Shown here: piece after piece, positions 54,703 through 64,000 of the stretch
How the letters are laid out: each line of letters begins with the position of its first letter
How positions within the stretch are numbered: the first letter of the stretch is position 1
IMG/VR virus record: IMGVR_UViG_3300043567_000723
Length of the DNA: 64,000 bases
Source: a virus
Taxonomy: Duplodnaviria; Caudoviricetes
Reading direction: 5' to 3' (one strand)
The notes under the pieces: generated by a model
What the model was told of the DNA's origin: nothing
The model's input: the letters and a program-made list of their open reading frames with translations, nothing else
Database searches by the model: none
Translations under genes and position numbers: made by a program

Positions 54703-55701
54703 ATGGATTTGGTTGAAAACCCTTACGTATCTGATTTCACGAAGAAGACGTTAGAGCAATTTGACTGGAAACAGGGCGACCCTATTCCAGACGAACTGGG
54801 CGACGTCATGCTGAAAATCAAAGACAAGTTACCGCCGTCGACTCGCGTAGACGTGCTGATTGAAAAAGATTTAATGCCTGAATCCGATGTTGAAAAAGTA
54901 CAGAGCCTTTTAAAAGCCGCAAAAGAATTATTGAAGTCTCGCAAAAAGGCTGAAGAACTAGATACCGCGACGAAAAACATGTCGCCGAGTGTGCGCGAAG
55001 CCTACGAAAAAATGGCAGCAGATTCGGCGCCGCAAATTGTTGATGACCGCGAAGAAGTGGCCGCGGCTGAAGAAAAGGCACCTGAGCCCGCCGACGTACC
55101 GATAGATCCGACCATTGAAAACAAAATGGATACCGGCGCGGATCAAATGGTTATCTTGCCGTTCTGTCCTCGTTGCGGCTGGGACATGCGACAAAAGTTC
55201 GACACTGACATTACAGACAAAGACAAGGAAGATTTTTTAGCCACGCTGTTAGGCGGCGCACGCTTTAAACGAGACTACAAGTTAGTCGGCGGCAAAATGA
55301 TCGTTCGTTTCCGCAGCATGCTCGCCGACGAGAATTTTCTAGTGCAGCGCCAGCTTCTTCTTGACCAGCAAGCCGGCGAGATACTGTCAGAAGCCGAGTG
55401 GTTTGTTCGCATGGCTGAGTACCGGATGGCGTGCTCTTTAGAGGGCGTTTTTGACGCTGACGGGAAAGCTCTGGTAGCTAACCCGGAGCTGGGCGACGTA
55501 CCGTTTACTCCGCCGGCTGATAAGCCGACTCAAACAGTGCTGACAGTGATGCGGCAGAATGTGAATACAAAAGCGCTGTCGCAAGAAGTTACGCGGCGAT
55601 TAATTTCAGTGCAGTTGCGCAAATTTCAGCGGCTCGTAGAGGCGTTAGAGGCCATGGCGCTCGAACCAAGTTTTTGGGACGGGATCGAATCGCAGCTTTG
55701 A
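54703..55701 (+). CDS. Putative tail assembly chaperone
   Basis: Two genes before tape measure; CPRC motif; acidic helical protein. Confidence 0.5.
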   Translation: MDLVENPYVSDFTKKTLEQFDWKQGDPIPDELGDVMLKIKDKLPPSTRVDVLIEKDLMPESDVEKVQSLLKAAKELLKSRKKAEELDTATKNMSPSVREAYEKMAADSAPQIVDDREEVAAAEEKAPEPADVPIDPTIENKMDTGADQMVILPFCPRCGWDMRQKFDTDITDKDKEDFLATLLGGARFKRDYKLVGGKMIVRFRSMLADENFLVQRQLLLDQQAGEILSEAEWFVRMAEYRMACSLEGVFDADGKALVANPELGDVPFTPPADKPTQTVLTVMRQNVNTKALSQEVTRRLISVQLRKFQRLVEALEAMALEPSFWDGIESQL

Positions 55702-56063
55702 TGGTGCGTGCTGCTGTGTCCGGCGCAATTAATTACGCCGGCGCCGATCCCCAAAATAGACAGTGGCGTTTAAAGCACCGAATTTTACTGGCAGAGGTTG
55801 AGCGCCGAGAAGATTACGAACTACTGACAATTGCGCACAAACACTGGTTGGCGCTTTTGTCGCACGGAAATTTGACAGAAGAAAGCTTCAAAGAAGTCAA
55901 AAAACAAGCCAACGAGGTCATGGGTGAAATACAAAAAACTACCTTTCCGTGGGTAGAAGTAAAAGAGGCCGGAAAAGACGCGGAAAAAGATACAATAGTT
56001 GACAGCAGTACACAGGCGCTAATTGATCGTTACAAACAGCAACTAACGAATAAAACCGGTTGA
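55701..56063 (+). CDS. Second tail assembly chaperone (or frameshift extension of the first)
   Basis: -1 frame relative to upstream gene; TGATG coupling at 55699-55703; directly before tape measure. Confidence 0.55.
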   Translation: MVRAAVSGAINYAGADPQNRQWRLKHRILLAEVERREDYELLTIAHKHWLALLSHGNLTEESFKEVKKQANEVMGEIQKTTFPWVEVKEAGKDAEKDTIVDSSTQALIDRYKQQLTNKTG

Positions 56064-56071
56064 GGCGGCGT

Positions 56072-59000
56072 ATGGACGGATTTGACTTTAACCAAACCGG
56101 CTATAAGCAGAACCAAACGGACCGGGCGTACAATTACGCCCCGCCGGTATATTCGCCGTTCCAGAACCCGAATAACGTAGATAACGCGTTTGGGTATCTG
56201 GCAAATATGTATGGCCCGTCGCTGGTGCAGGGCATGGCGGGGCAAGATGCATTTCTGGCTCATCAAACGCCGAGTCAGGCTTTAGCCGACCAGCGCACTG
56301 CGTCTATTTACCAGCAGCAGGGCGCCAGAGCCACGGCATCCGCTAACATGGCCGGCAACCAAGCGGTCGCCACTCGCATGCTTGGTTTTCAGTCGCTTAT
56401 GAACGGCGGAAGGCCAGCGACGCAATTAGACCGCGAGCACGCGCAGGTTGGGGCAAGCGTAATTAATAATCCGGTATTTAAAGCATTTGCGGCCAGTCAA
56501 GTCGGTCCGGAGAACCTTGAAGATATGATGTTCGGCCGGCGCGGGGATCCGAGCGCTATCGCGGGATCAACGGGGCGCATGGGCTTTTTTCGCGCTGACG
56601 CGGCCACCGGCGACCGCCGTATGTCAGAGGCGTCGCGCGAGAGTTTTTCGCAGAACGTATATCAAAATCTATACGGACCAGACGCCAATCTAGACGAGAT
56701 GCATGGTTTTAACGCCACGGCATCTGGCGCCATGATGGAAGATTTATTTCAGAAAGGAAAGTTGCCGCAAAGCTTAGGTAACATGACGGCGGCAGAACGT
56801 GTAAAAGCGATCAGCGGCGCGCAGCGCGACGATAAAACGATGAGCCGCCTCGCAGACGAATTTGCGCACAAAGACCTAAGCGAGCGCGACTACGATTACG
56901 CGAACGCCACGGCGGAAGAGCAAAAAATAATTCGGGCGGACAAAGTTGGTGGTTATAAAGATCGCCTAAACAAAACGTTCACTGAAATTGATAGATTTAA
57001 ATCTGGCGATTCTCGGGCTAAGTCCGCAGAAGAGATCGAGCAGCTGGAGGGTTTTGGTTCAGCCGCAAATGCTGTAGACGCCCAGCGCACATCTAAAGCT
57101 ATCAAAGAATATAACGGCGCTCTTTCGGCTATCCGTGAGATCTTTGGCGATAGCGGGCAGTCTGGTGCACCGGTTCAACAATTAATGGCTAGCTTGCAGC
57201 AACTAACAAACGGGTCGCAAGGTGGGTTGTCGCAGGGCAAGGTCGAATCGCTCGTGCGCGAGATGCGTCTTGCCGCGCGCGATACGAATACCGATGTCGG
57301 CGCTTTAACCAAGATGATGTATGAAGACAAGGCAATTGGCGGTCAGCTAGGTCTTCAAGAAACAACAGTTGAGCAGGGAATGGCTGGCCGGCTACTGCAC
57401 GGACAAGCTATGTCAGATGCAGGGGTATTTGAAAAAAGCGGTTACGGAAAATTACAGCGCGGAGAGGCTGAACAGCGACAACGCCAGATGAGCATGCGCG
57501 GAGACGCGTCTTCTGTCGGGCGTTCGCTAGCGGTGATCAACCGACTTGTGGCTGAAAACCCAGAGAAATATAAGGGCACAAAACTAGAAGCCGCGGCAAA
57601 AGCCTACCAATCCGGCGAAACAACTTTTACATACAACGGCGAGAAAACAAACTTAGCGGAACTAGCTGGAAAACAAGGCGTGGCCGGCGTATACAACATG
57701 GCCCGCGAGTCTGGCGCGGATAGTAGAACGTTGTACGCCTATACGCGCGACAAGATAGGTACCGAGGAGTACCTAAACGAGGGTTACGCGTACAAAGCGC
57801 AAAAATACGAACTGCAGCGCAATTTTTCACGCTCCAATGAGGGTGCGCTGCGCGACAGGATGACGTCGAAAGAATTTAACGCGCTGCAGGGTGGCTTGTC
57901 TGATAAGGAATTCTCGCAGCGTAAAAATGATTTGTCGAAGGGTTTCAGCTACGCCATGACGGGCATCGTTATGGACGAAACTGCCGACATGTCGTCAGAG
58001 CAGCGAATTGCTCATATGGAAAAGCGCGGGAAAGAAGAATTAACCAAATACTTCAAGAGTTCCCGCGGCGGCAACATGGGCGATAAAGAAGCACAAGCTG
58101 CGGCAGAAAAACACTTTAACGCAATGTACGGCGCAGATAAAAAAGAGCGCGCGTCGTCGTTGGCTGCTTCATATGCAGAAATCAGCGCCGTATCTGCTGA
58201 CCGCACAAACGTGAACATAGAAGCCAATAAGCAGATGTACAACCAGCGCGCTATTGAAAACAAAGATGCGCAAGCAAAAGTAAATACACGCCGTGCGGAC
58301 CGACTAAAAGACGCGTCTGCCGGTACAGAATCGACACTGCTGCAGCGCGCCAGTGATGAGTTAGAGAATTTAGGGTCTGGCAATTCGGGCCAAGCGTCTG
58401 ATGCATTGAAGCGCGTATTTAATGTTGTCTCAGAAGACAGCATATTGCAGAAGTATGCGCCAGATATGCAGGAAGGGCTTGTCGCTGTTTCTAAGTTAGA
58501 TCGCTCCGCCACTACGTCGGCTAAAGATATCAGCAAACTTGTTGATCAGGCGGAAGCAGAGCCAGACGGCGCCGCGGCAAAAACGTTGAAGCAAATGGCT
58601 GGATTTAAACCGGACCAGAAGTTAACCGAGGAAGAACAAGCCAGCCTTGGAAGTCGCGCGCTCATGCGTTCTGGCGAAACAGCCAAGGGCACCACAGACG
58701 CCGATCGAGCAGCAAACGAAGCCCGCCGGCAGCGCGCGACGACTATGTTTAAAGCGTTTAATACAGGCAAGCAAGAAGACGTTATGGCTGGCGCCCGCGC
58801 TTTAGCTAAAGAAACGCTAGGGGCAGACGCGGATAAAGACAAGCTAGACGAATTTGCGAAAGCAGCCTTAAACGACGACACAACCGCGTTTGAGAAAAAA
58901 ATGCAGGGCGGTTTATTCGGCGGCAAACTCAGCGACGAAAAACAAGAGTCGGCACGTAGTGTGGCGCGGGCGCTCCGTGCGTCTAGGGCTATGGGCGGGT

Positions 59001-60625
59001 TGAGCGCGGCTGGTTTAGAGCAGACGGCGCAAGGCGTTGATTCTGCGCAAGAGCGGTCTGTAGCGAAAGCCAACGAGGTTACACGCGATATACGCGATAA
59101 GATAACAAAACAGGTTGAAAAGGGATTAGATCAACCGGCATTTGACAAGATACAGCCCGATAACCAACCGGCAGACGTACGGGCCAACCAGCGTAAAGAA
59201 TTTGTCCGCAACGCGAGCGAAACGTTGGCTGGCATCGCCGTCAACGAGATGGGCAGCGCAGAAAACTTATCGCCAGAAGAGCGCGCAGATTATATGCAGC
59301 GTCGTTCTGTTGAAGAGTTTACAAAGCACTTCACGCGAAAAGGTATGGTACCAGCGCGGGCCGAAGAGCAGGCTAAGAAACACTTCGCGGCGGCATTCGG
59401 TTCAGATAAAGAAACCGTTACGCGGCGCATGAACGCTGTGTATGACACCACAATACAGGAAGCTAAAGCACGAGGACATGACACCGCGTTAGCCGCCACA
59501 CCCGAACCGACCAAAGTTGACCCGGCAACCGGCAAATTAAATTACGACTACGAAAAGCTAGGTGTCACCAAAACACTGAGCGCCGATCAGAAAAAGTTAA
59601 TGGATGAGGTCAGCAAAGACCCAACCGGCGGCGGTTTATCAGAAGCTATTGGTGACAAAAAGAAACGCGAACTTTTATTAACAATACCGGACGCGGCCGC
59701 TGTTGATCTGTTTGGCAAATTTACACCCGAAGCACAGCAAAAGGGTTTAGAAAATATCGACACGCTGCGTAACAGCCCGCTCGCGCAGATGACTTACGGT
59801 CTATCAGGCAAAGACACGCAAAATCTTGGCCGCATCCGTGACGCTATCGGAGCCAAGGCGCCGGGTGGTTTGTCGTCGCAGACTATTGATCCAGCGGCGG
59901 CCATAAATGCTGCGGGTGTACGCGCAGAAGATATACGCGCTGCCTCGACCAACACCGGCATTATGGCTATGGGGATGGAACTGTTCGGCAGTGGCGGCTA
60001 CGAAAAACACATGAAACAGCTCGAAGCAACCGCCGTTGACGGCGAGATGTCGAAGCTGTACGACACGAAAGCTAAATCCGGCTGGTTTACAAACGAAAAA
60101 ACATTTTCCGACAACGCGGACAAGATAAGGTATCGCGATCTGAGCCAGCGTCGTATGGAGTTAGAATCTGGCGATGAGCTAGGTTTTGTTGATAGACAAA
60201 TCGCTGACGTAAAGGGTCGCGCTAAATCTGGTTGGTTTACAAGCGACAAAACGTTATCTGGCGAGGATCAAGAGCAGCTCGACTTTTTAACAAAACGGCG
60301 CGATTCACTAACACGCGGTGACGGAGAAATGCGCGCGGGGTTAGACGCCGTACAAGCGAGCCGAGATTCAATTAAAGACTCGCAGCAGTTTAGCAGCATG
60401 CGTTCTGATCAGGTTGTACGGCAGCTTGATTACAACCGCGACCGAGGAGACCCTCAAATGGGTGGTGGGCAAGGTGGGCGCGAGATGAGCATCAACGGTA
60501 CGCTCACGCTCAACGGGCTGTCAGAGGCCGTGCTGCAAGCCAACGGCAAGCGCATGGAAGAAACACCAGACGGCGGCGCGCCAATCGATATGGCCCCGGG
60601 CAATACCGCATACAACGGCAGGTGA
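56072..60625 (+). CDS. Tape measure protein, 1517 aa
   Basis: Long helical, Ala/Lys/Glu-rich ORF after the chaperones; ATG 56072 with GAGG RBS. Confidence 0.7.
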   Translation: MDGFDFNQTGYKQNQTDRAYNYAPPVYSPFQNPNNVDNAFGYLANMYGPSLVQGMAGQDAFLAHQTPSQALADQRTASIYQQQGARATASANMAGNQAVATRMLGFQSLMNGGRPATQLDREHAQVGASVINNPVFKAFAASQVGPENLEDMMFGRRGDPSAIAGSTGRMGFFRADAATGDRRMSEASRESFSQNVYQNLYGPDANLDEMHGFNATASGAMMEDLFQKGKLPQSLGNMTAAERVKAISGAQRDDKTMSRLADEFAHKDLSERDYDYANATAEEQKIIRADKVGGYKDRLNKTFTEIDRFKSGDSRAKSAEEIEQLEGFGSAANAVDAQRTSKAIKEYNGALSAIREIFGDSGQSGAPVQQLMASLQQLTNGSQGGLSQGKVESLVREMRLAARDTNTDVGALTKMMYEDKAIGGQLGLQETTVEQGMAGRLLHGQAMSDAGVFEKSGYGKLQRGEAEQRQRQMSMRGDASSVGRSLAVINRLVAENPEKYKGTKLEAAAKAYQSGETTFTYNGEKTNLAELAGKQGVAGVYNMARESGADSRTLYAYTRDKIGTEEYLNEGYAYKAQKYELQRNFSRSNEGALRDRMTSKEFNALQGGLSDKEFSQRKNDLSKGFSYAMTGIVMDETADMSSEQRIAHMEKRGKEELTKYFKSSRGGNMGDKEAQAAAEKHFNAMYGADKKERASSLAASYAEISAVSADRTNVNIEANKQMYNQRAIENKDAQAKVNTRRADRLKDASAGTESTLLQRASDELENLGSGNSGQASDALKRVFNVVSEDSILQKYAPDMQEGLVAVSKLDRSATTSAKDISKLVDQAEAEPDGAAAKTLKQMAGFKPDQKLTEEEQASLGSRALMRSGETAKGTTDADRAANEARRQRATTMFKAFNTGKQEDVMAGARALAKETLGADADKDKLDEFAKAALNDDTTAFEKKMQGGLFGGKLSDEKQESARSVARALRASRAMGGLSAAGLEQTAQGVDSAQERSVAKANEVTRDIRDKITKQVEKGLDQPAFDKIQPDNQPADVRANQRKEFVRNASETLAGIAVNEMGSAENLSPEERADYMQRRSVEEFTKHFTRKGMVPARAEEQAKKHFAAAFGSDKETVTRRMNAVYDTTIQEAKARGHDTALAATPEPTKVDPATGKLNYDYEKLGVTKTLSADQKKLMDEVSKDPTGGGLSEAIGDKKKRELLLTIPDAAAVDLFGKFTPEAQQKGLENIDTLRNSPLAQMTYGLSGKDTQNLGRIRDAIGAKAPGGLSSQTIDPAAAINAAGVRAEDIRAASTNTGIMAMGMELFGSGGYEKHMKQLEATAVDGEMSKLYDTKAKSGWFTNEKTFSDNADKIRYRDLSQRRMELESGDELGFVDRQIADVKGRAKSGWFTSDKTLSGEDQEQLDFLTKRRDSLTRGDGEMRAGLDAVQASRDSIKDSQQFSSMRSDQVVRQLDYNRDRGDPQMGGGQGGREMSINGTLTLNGLSEAVLQANGKRMEETPDGGAPIDMAPGNTAYNGR

Positions 60626-60628
60626 TAT

Positions 60629-61084
60629 ATGCCAGCAATTTTTAGCCCGTGTTTGGGCGCAATAGCAAAAGTACCCGGCTGCGAAGGCGAGGCGGCGTTT
60701 GCGATTAGTTTTGGCGGCGGCGCAAAGCTCACCGCCCCTATGACCGGTTTTGTTTTAGAGCAAAACGGAAACTATCAGTTCTTGCACACGGTAAATGATT
60801 TTATTTACGTATATGCGTTCGGTGACAGGGTGGGCGAGTTACTGATATCTGGCATTGGTTTTGTGAAAGCCTGTCCCGGCGCCGACTCTGCGAAATTATG
60901 CACCGTGTTCGATTTCTACCAGAACAATAAAATATCAAAAAAGGGCGACCTGACCGTCTCAATCGGCGACTGCCAAGATGCAACGTTTTTTGCGTTTTTA
61001 ACGGGCATGCGTTTAGAGATGCAAGATCCGACAACGCTAGTCGGACAATGGTCACTTCGCTTTAGCATCGTACCGAAGAAGTAG
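60629..61084 (+). CDS. Putative baseplate/tube-initiator protein
   Basis: Position after tape measure; beta-rich; weak likeness to the tube protein. Confidence 0.45.
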   Translation: MPAIFSPCLGAIAKVPGCEGEAAFAISFGGGAKLTAPMTGFVLEQNGNYQFLHTVNDFIYVYAFGDRVGELLISGIGFVKACPGADSAKLCTVFDFYQNNKISKKGDLTVSIGDCQDATFFAFLTGMRLEMQDPTTLVGQWSLRFSIVPKK

Positions 61085-61086
61085 CC

Positions 61087-61914
61087 ATGATAAATCACGG
61101 ACGCACGTTGTTGCTAAACATTTTCGCGCAAAGCGCCGGCACACGAGATGCCGGCTACGAATACATACCACCCGCGTTTCGACCGCTGGTTATACCGTCG
61201 GCGCTGCGTATTGTGCGTGGAGTATTATTTGGCAAACAACCTGACCAACGATTTTTGAATCTGCGGGCCCGAGAACTACTGAGCTATATCCATCAAACAG
61301 AATTAGCGCAATATCTTTACGCACTTGACAGCCGTATAACATACTGGCCTGAACAAGAAACAACGACGTTCAAGTACGAACCAAAAGTTACCGTAAAACA
61401 AAGAACAGGGCCGCAGACGCCAATTGCGTTTAGCGGTGACTTCGTCGTAGGCAATGCTGGCGGAAAAGCAGCCCGCGAGTTTCTGGTACAGCTAGCCGCG
61501 TCTGCGCAGGAAAACCTACATATTGCTGTGACAGAAGTGGGTGCGATTACAACAACGTATACGCAAATCTCCAACCTCACAAATATGCCGGTAATTACAC
61601 TACCTGAAACACAGATAAAGTTCCGCATCAACAATATGCCAAACGTGTCTGCGCCGGCAAACGGCACGCAACTGGCTACGTGGTCCATAGCGCTAGCTGC
61701 GAATCCGCCGCCGGCCATCACCACGCTAATGCCGACGTTAGAGCTGCTCGGAGAACCTGTGTTTTTAGAGCTTTTTGGTGTCGAACCCGCTGAACCTTAT
61801 GCCACGTTTAAAAACGTATGGTTTGACCACCCGCTTCCGGCCTACAAGCTCGCCGGACTAACGTTAGCGTTTATCTACCGCCTAGAAGAAGTAAGGTTGC
61901 ACCGCAATGGCTGA
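61087..61914 (+). CDS. Hypothetical baseplate-region protein
   Basis: 275-aa ORF in the tail operon. Confidence 0.65.
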   Translation: MINHGRTLLLNIFAQSAGTRDAGYEYIPPAFRPLVIPSALRIVRGVLFGKQPDQRFLNLRARELLSYIHQTELAQYLYALDSRITYWPEQETTTFKYEPKVTVKQRTGPQTPIAFSGDFVVGNAGGKAAREFLVQLAASAQENLHIAVTEVGAITTTYTQISNLTNMPVITLPETQIKFRINNMPNVSAPANGTQLATWSIALAANPPPAITTLMPTLELLGEPVFLELFGVEPAEPYATFKNVWFDHPLPAYKLAGLTLAFIYRLEEVRLHRNG

Positions 61915-63541
61915 TCCGTACGTCTATGCAAAGTTTAAGCTCAAAGCTGTAATCGGCGGACACACGTTTGAAGACATCGTGTCGATGTCGGCTACGTTTG
62001 GTTTAAATAGCATTCCAACCGCAACACTGACAGTCGCCGTCGGGCACGACGCGCGTAGCGGGCGGTCAAAAAAGGCGACGATTCATACAGCGCGCAAAAG
62101 TCTTAAACCCCGCGACAAAGCGGTTGTCACATTAACAATCTCGCCGACCGAGGGTAATACCTCAAAAATGGAAGAAGGCGAATTCGTTATTTTTGACGGA
62201 ATGCTCGCGGGTATTGGGTATCAACGATCGCACAATAACGCGAACTACACCATTCAACTAATACACTGGCTTGACGACCTAAATAACTCGTCTGCGTTAA
62301 ACGGCAATTGGTTTCCGAATGCGCCGTATAGCATGGCCACGAACGCCGCATTTTATGCGCTAGAGCTTGGTGAAGGCGGCGGGGCCGGTGGCGATCAGTG
62401 GTCGTCTGTGCCTGCTATTGATATCAACGGTGATCATATTAACAAAGGTCAAATTGAATCCGACCTTTGGGGTAACGTGATCAAACCAGTGTTCGAAAAA
62501 ATTGCGCAGTACCCATTACCAAACGACAAGCCAAATGACGCAGCTATTAAAGCGTTAGAGCGCATACCGAACGGTGCGCCTTTTAATACTCCGCTGCGTT
62601 TAGATCTTGAAGGTTTAAACGCAAATGATATTGAGTTGTCTGTGCGCACAGCGTTAACGAAAGACTCGCTTGATTCGTTTGCATATACGTCTTTCTGGGG
62701 AAAACTTGTTGGAGAGTATGCTGCGGCGTTTTTCTTTGCCGTATCTCCCGGCATCGAGCACGCATGTGTTATTCCGTTTTTTGGCGGTTTGAAGTTTGAA
62801 GACGGAGCCGCAGGCGCAAAAACAATTTATGGCGACGAGTATAGTTATGCGAACTTTAATGCTAGCTTAACGCAGCTACTGGAAAGCGTAATGGTCTTTT
62901 GGCCATCGCAGTCCGACCCGATGTTGGGCACGGGCGGCGAGACGCAGTCGATCGATTCGTTTACTTTCCCGGTAGGCGAATACCCCAAAGGCGCAGCAGG
63001 AGAAGATAAGCCGGGACTTAAGTTGTTCAAGGATCTGCCGCCGTGGCTAGCGAATATCTCTCCTTGGCCCGTGTACACAGGTCCGACAACCGGTATTAAG
63101 GGCAAGTTACCGGGAGATTGCTTAGCGCCACAAACGGGCGAATCAGATCCACCACCAAACTGGCTACCGCCTGCTGAAGCGGCTGACGAGATGACAGATA
63201 AAGTGGCAGAGCGATTTGCGCACCACTGGTATAAAACTGAACTGCTCGGTCAACGTTACGGCGAGCTATCGGGCAAATTACGATTTGATATCGCGCCCGG
63301 CAGCATAGTCAAAATAGAAATGCCGACAACTGAAATCGAGTCTGACGGTTTTATGGTTGCGGCTGTGACGCAGGTTTCATACGCAATCAACGCAGAGCGC
63401 GCGCTGGCCGGCACGTCTTTTGCGCTGTCGTATTTACGTACAGTAGAAGAAGATAATGATAGTTTAATCACCCACTCATTTGCGCCGTTATACAAAGAAG
63501 GCACAAAATGGCACGGCGGACCACTCAAGAAGAATCCTTAA
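61907..63541 (+). CDS. Putative baseplate hub protein (gp27/GpD-like)
   Basis: N-terminal beta region (IFDGMLAGIG) and C-terminal SGKLRFDIAPGSIVKI...VTQVSYAI. Confidence 0.55.
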   Translation: MADPYVYAKFKLKAVIGGHTFEDIVSMSATFGLNSIPTATLTVAVGHDARSGRSKKATIHTARKSLKPRDKAVVTLTISPTEGNTSKMEEGEFVIFDGMLAGIGYQRSHNNANYTIQLIHWLDDLNNSSALNGNWFPNAPYSMATNAAFYALELGEGGGAGGDQWSSVPAIDINGDHINKGQIESDLWGNVIKPVFEKIAQYPLPNDKPNDAAIKALERIPNGAPFNTPLRLDLEGLNANDIELSVRTALTKDSLDSFAYTSFWGKLVGEYAAAFFFAVSPGIEHACVIPFFGGLKFEDGAAGAKTIYGDEYSYANFNASLTQLLESVMVFWPSQSDPMLGTGGETQSIDSFTFPVGEYPKGAAGEDKPGLKLFKDLPPWLANISPWPVYTGPTTGIKGKLPGDCLAPQTGESDPPPNWLPPAEAADEMTDKVAERFAHHWYKTELLGQRYGELSGKLRFDIAPGSIVKIEMPTTEIESDGFMVAAVTQVSYAINAERALAGTSFALSYLRTVEEDNDSLITHSFAPLYKEGTKWHGGPLKKNP

Positions 63542-63543
63542 TC

Positions 63544-64000
63544 ATGCAATCACCAACACCAAAACCGGCTGGCATGCCATCTATTCTGGGTGACGTCCCG
63601 GCGCCATTCTCAGCGAAACGTCCTGCAGGCGTGGGTGAAGACTTTGACACCCTTTATCCGCAGTGGCAGACAACGCGCACGCCAGAAAATAACACCGCAA
63701 TTTTAAAGACATTACAGCCTGTCATAGACACGGCTGTAATGAGCTATGCCGGGCAAGCAGCCAGCCCGACGATCCGGTCACGCGCGAAGCTCATGGCGCT
63801 CAAAGCGCTTGATACGTACGACCCGCAACGCGGCAACGTCCGCACGCATCTTTTATCGCAGATGCAGAGCTTACGGCGGCTATCTGCGCAGACACAGAAT
63901 ATTATTTCTATTCCAGAACAAGTTAGCTTAGATTTTTCGCGGCTGAGTGAGAACGAGAACGAGCTGCGCGATCAGCTAGGGCGAGACCCTGCCGATGACG
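63544..64000 (+). CDS. Sigma70-family RNA polymerase sigma factor-like protein, 3'-truncated (missing from ORF track)
   Basis: My translation from ATG 63544: ...LQPVIDTAVMSY...ALKALDTYDPQRGNVRTHL...LRR...IISIPE...LRDQLGRDPADD, matching region 2 (YDPxxG) and region 3 (LGRxP). Confidence 0.75.
   Translation, partial: MQSPTPKPAGMPSILGDVPAPFSAKRPAGVGEDFDTLYPQWQTTRTPENNTAILKTLQPVIDTAVMSYAGQAASPTIRSRAKLMALKALDTYDPQRGNVRTHLLSQMQSLRRLSAQTQNIISIPEQVSLDFSRLSENENELRDQLGRDPADD

Noticed and set aside
44790-63541. Tail block as a bacterial eCIS/T6SS locus
   Set aside because: It is linked to a capsid, protease and scaffold module and a long tape measure, which indicates a phage.

Overview
The window is a ~64 kb, essentially single-strand (+) gene-dense segment of a large contractile-tailed (myo-type) dsDNA bacteriophage. 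No terminase, portal, integrase or DNA polymerase was recognised in it. From left to right it holds: (1) Gly/Ala-rich proteins and enzymes carrying recurrent K-x-A motifs; (2) an accessory block (PhoH, ferritin-like, PD-(D/E)XK nuclease, HAD hydrolase, actin-like ATPase, degenerate GDPD-like protein, two highly structured intergenic regions, tRNA-Asn, a 2H-phosphoesterase polyprotein); (3) a holin-like plus protease cassette (MMP-like metalloprotease, C1 papain-like protease); (4) a phage multisubunit RNA polymerase made of a beta/beta'-N fusion and a separate beta'-C subunit, both lacking the canonical Zn-binding cysteines; (5) the head module (HK97/S78-type prohead protease, scaffold, decoration protein, 308-aa major capsid protein); (6) neck, sheath, tube, spike, chaperones, tape measure and hub; (7) a sigma70-like factor truncated at the right edge. 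The best candidate for an undescribed system is a K-x-A-tagged head-cargo system. A shared N-terminal leader (FG...KxA) and internal KxA linkers would let the prohead protease process many glycine-zipper peptides and enzymes, including a 2H phosphoesterase and a SNF2 helicase, for delivery from the virion. All family assignments come from motif recognition by eye; no searches were run.
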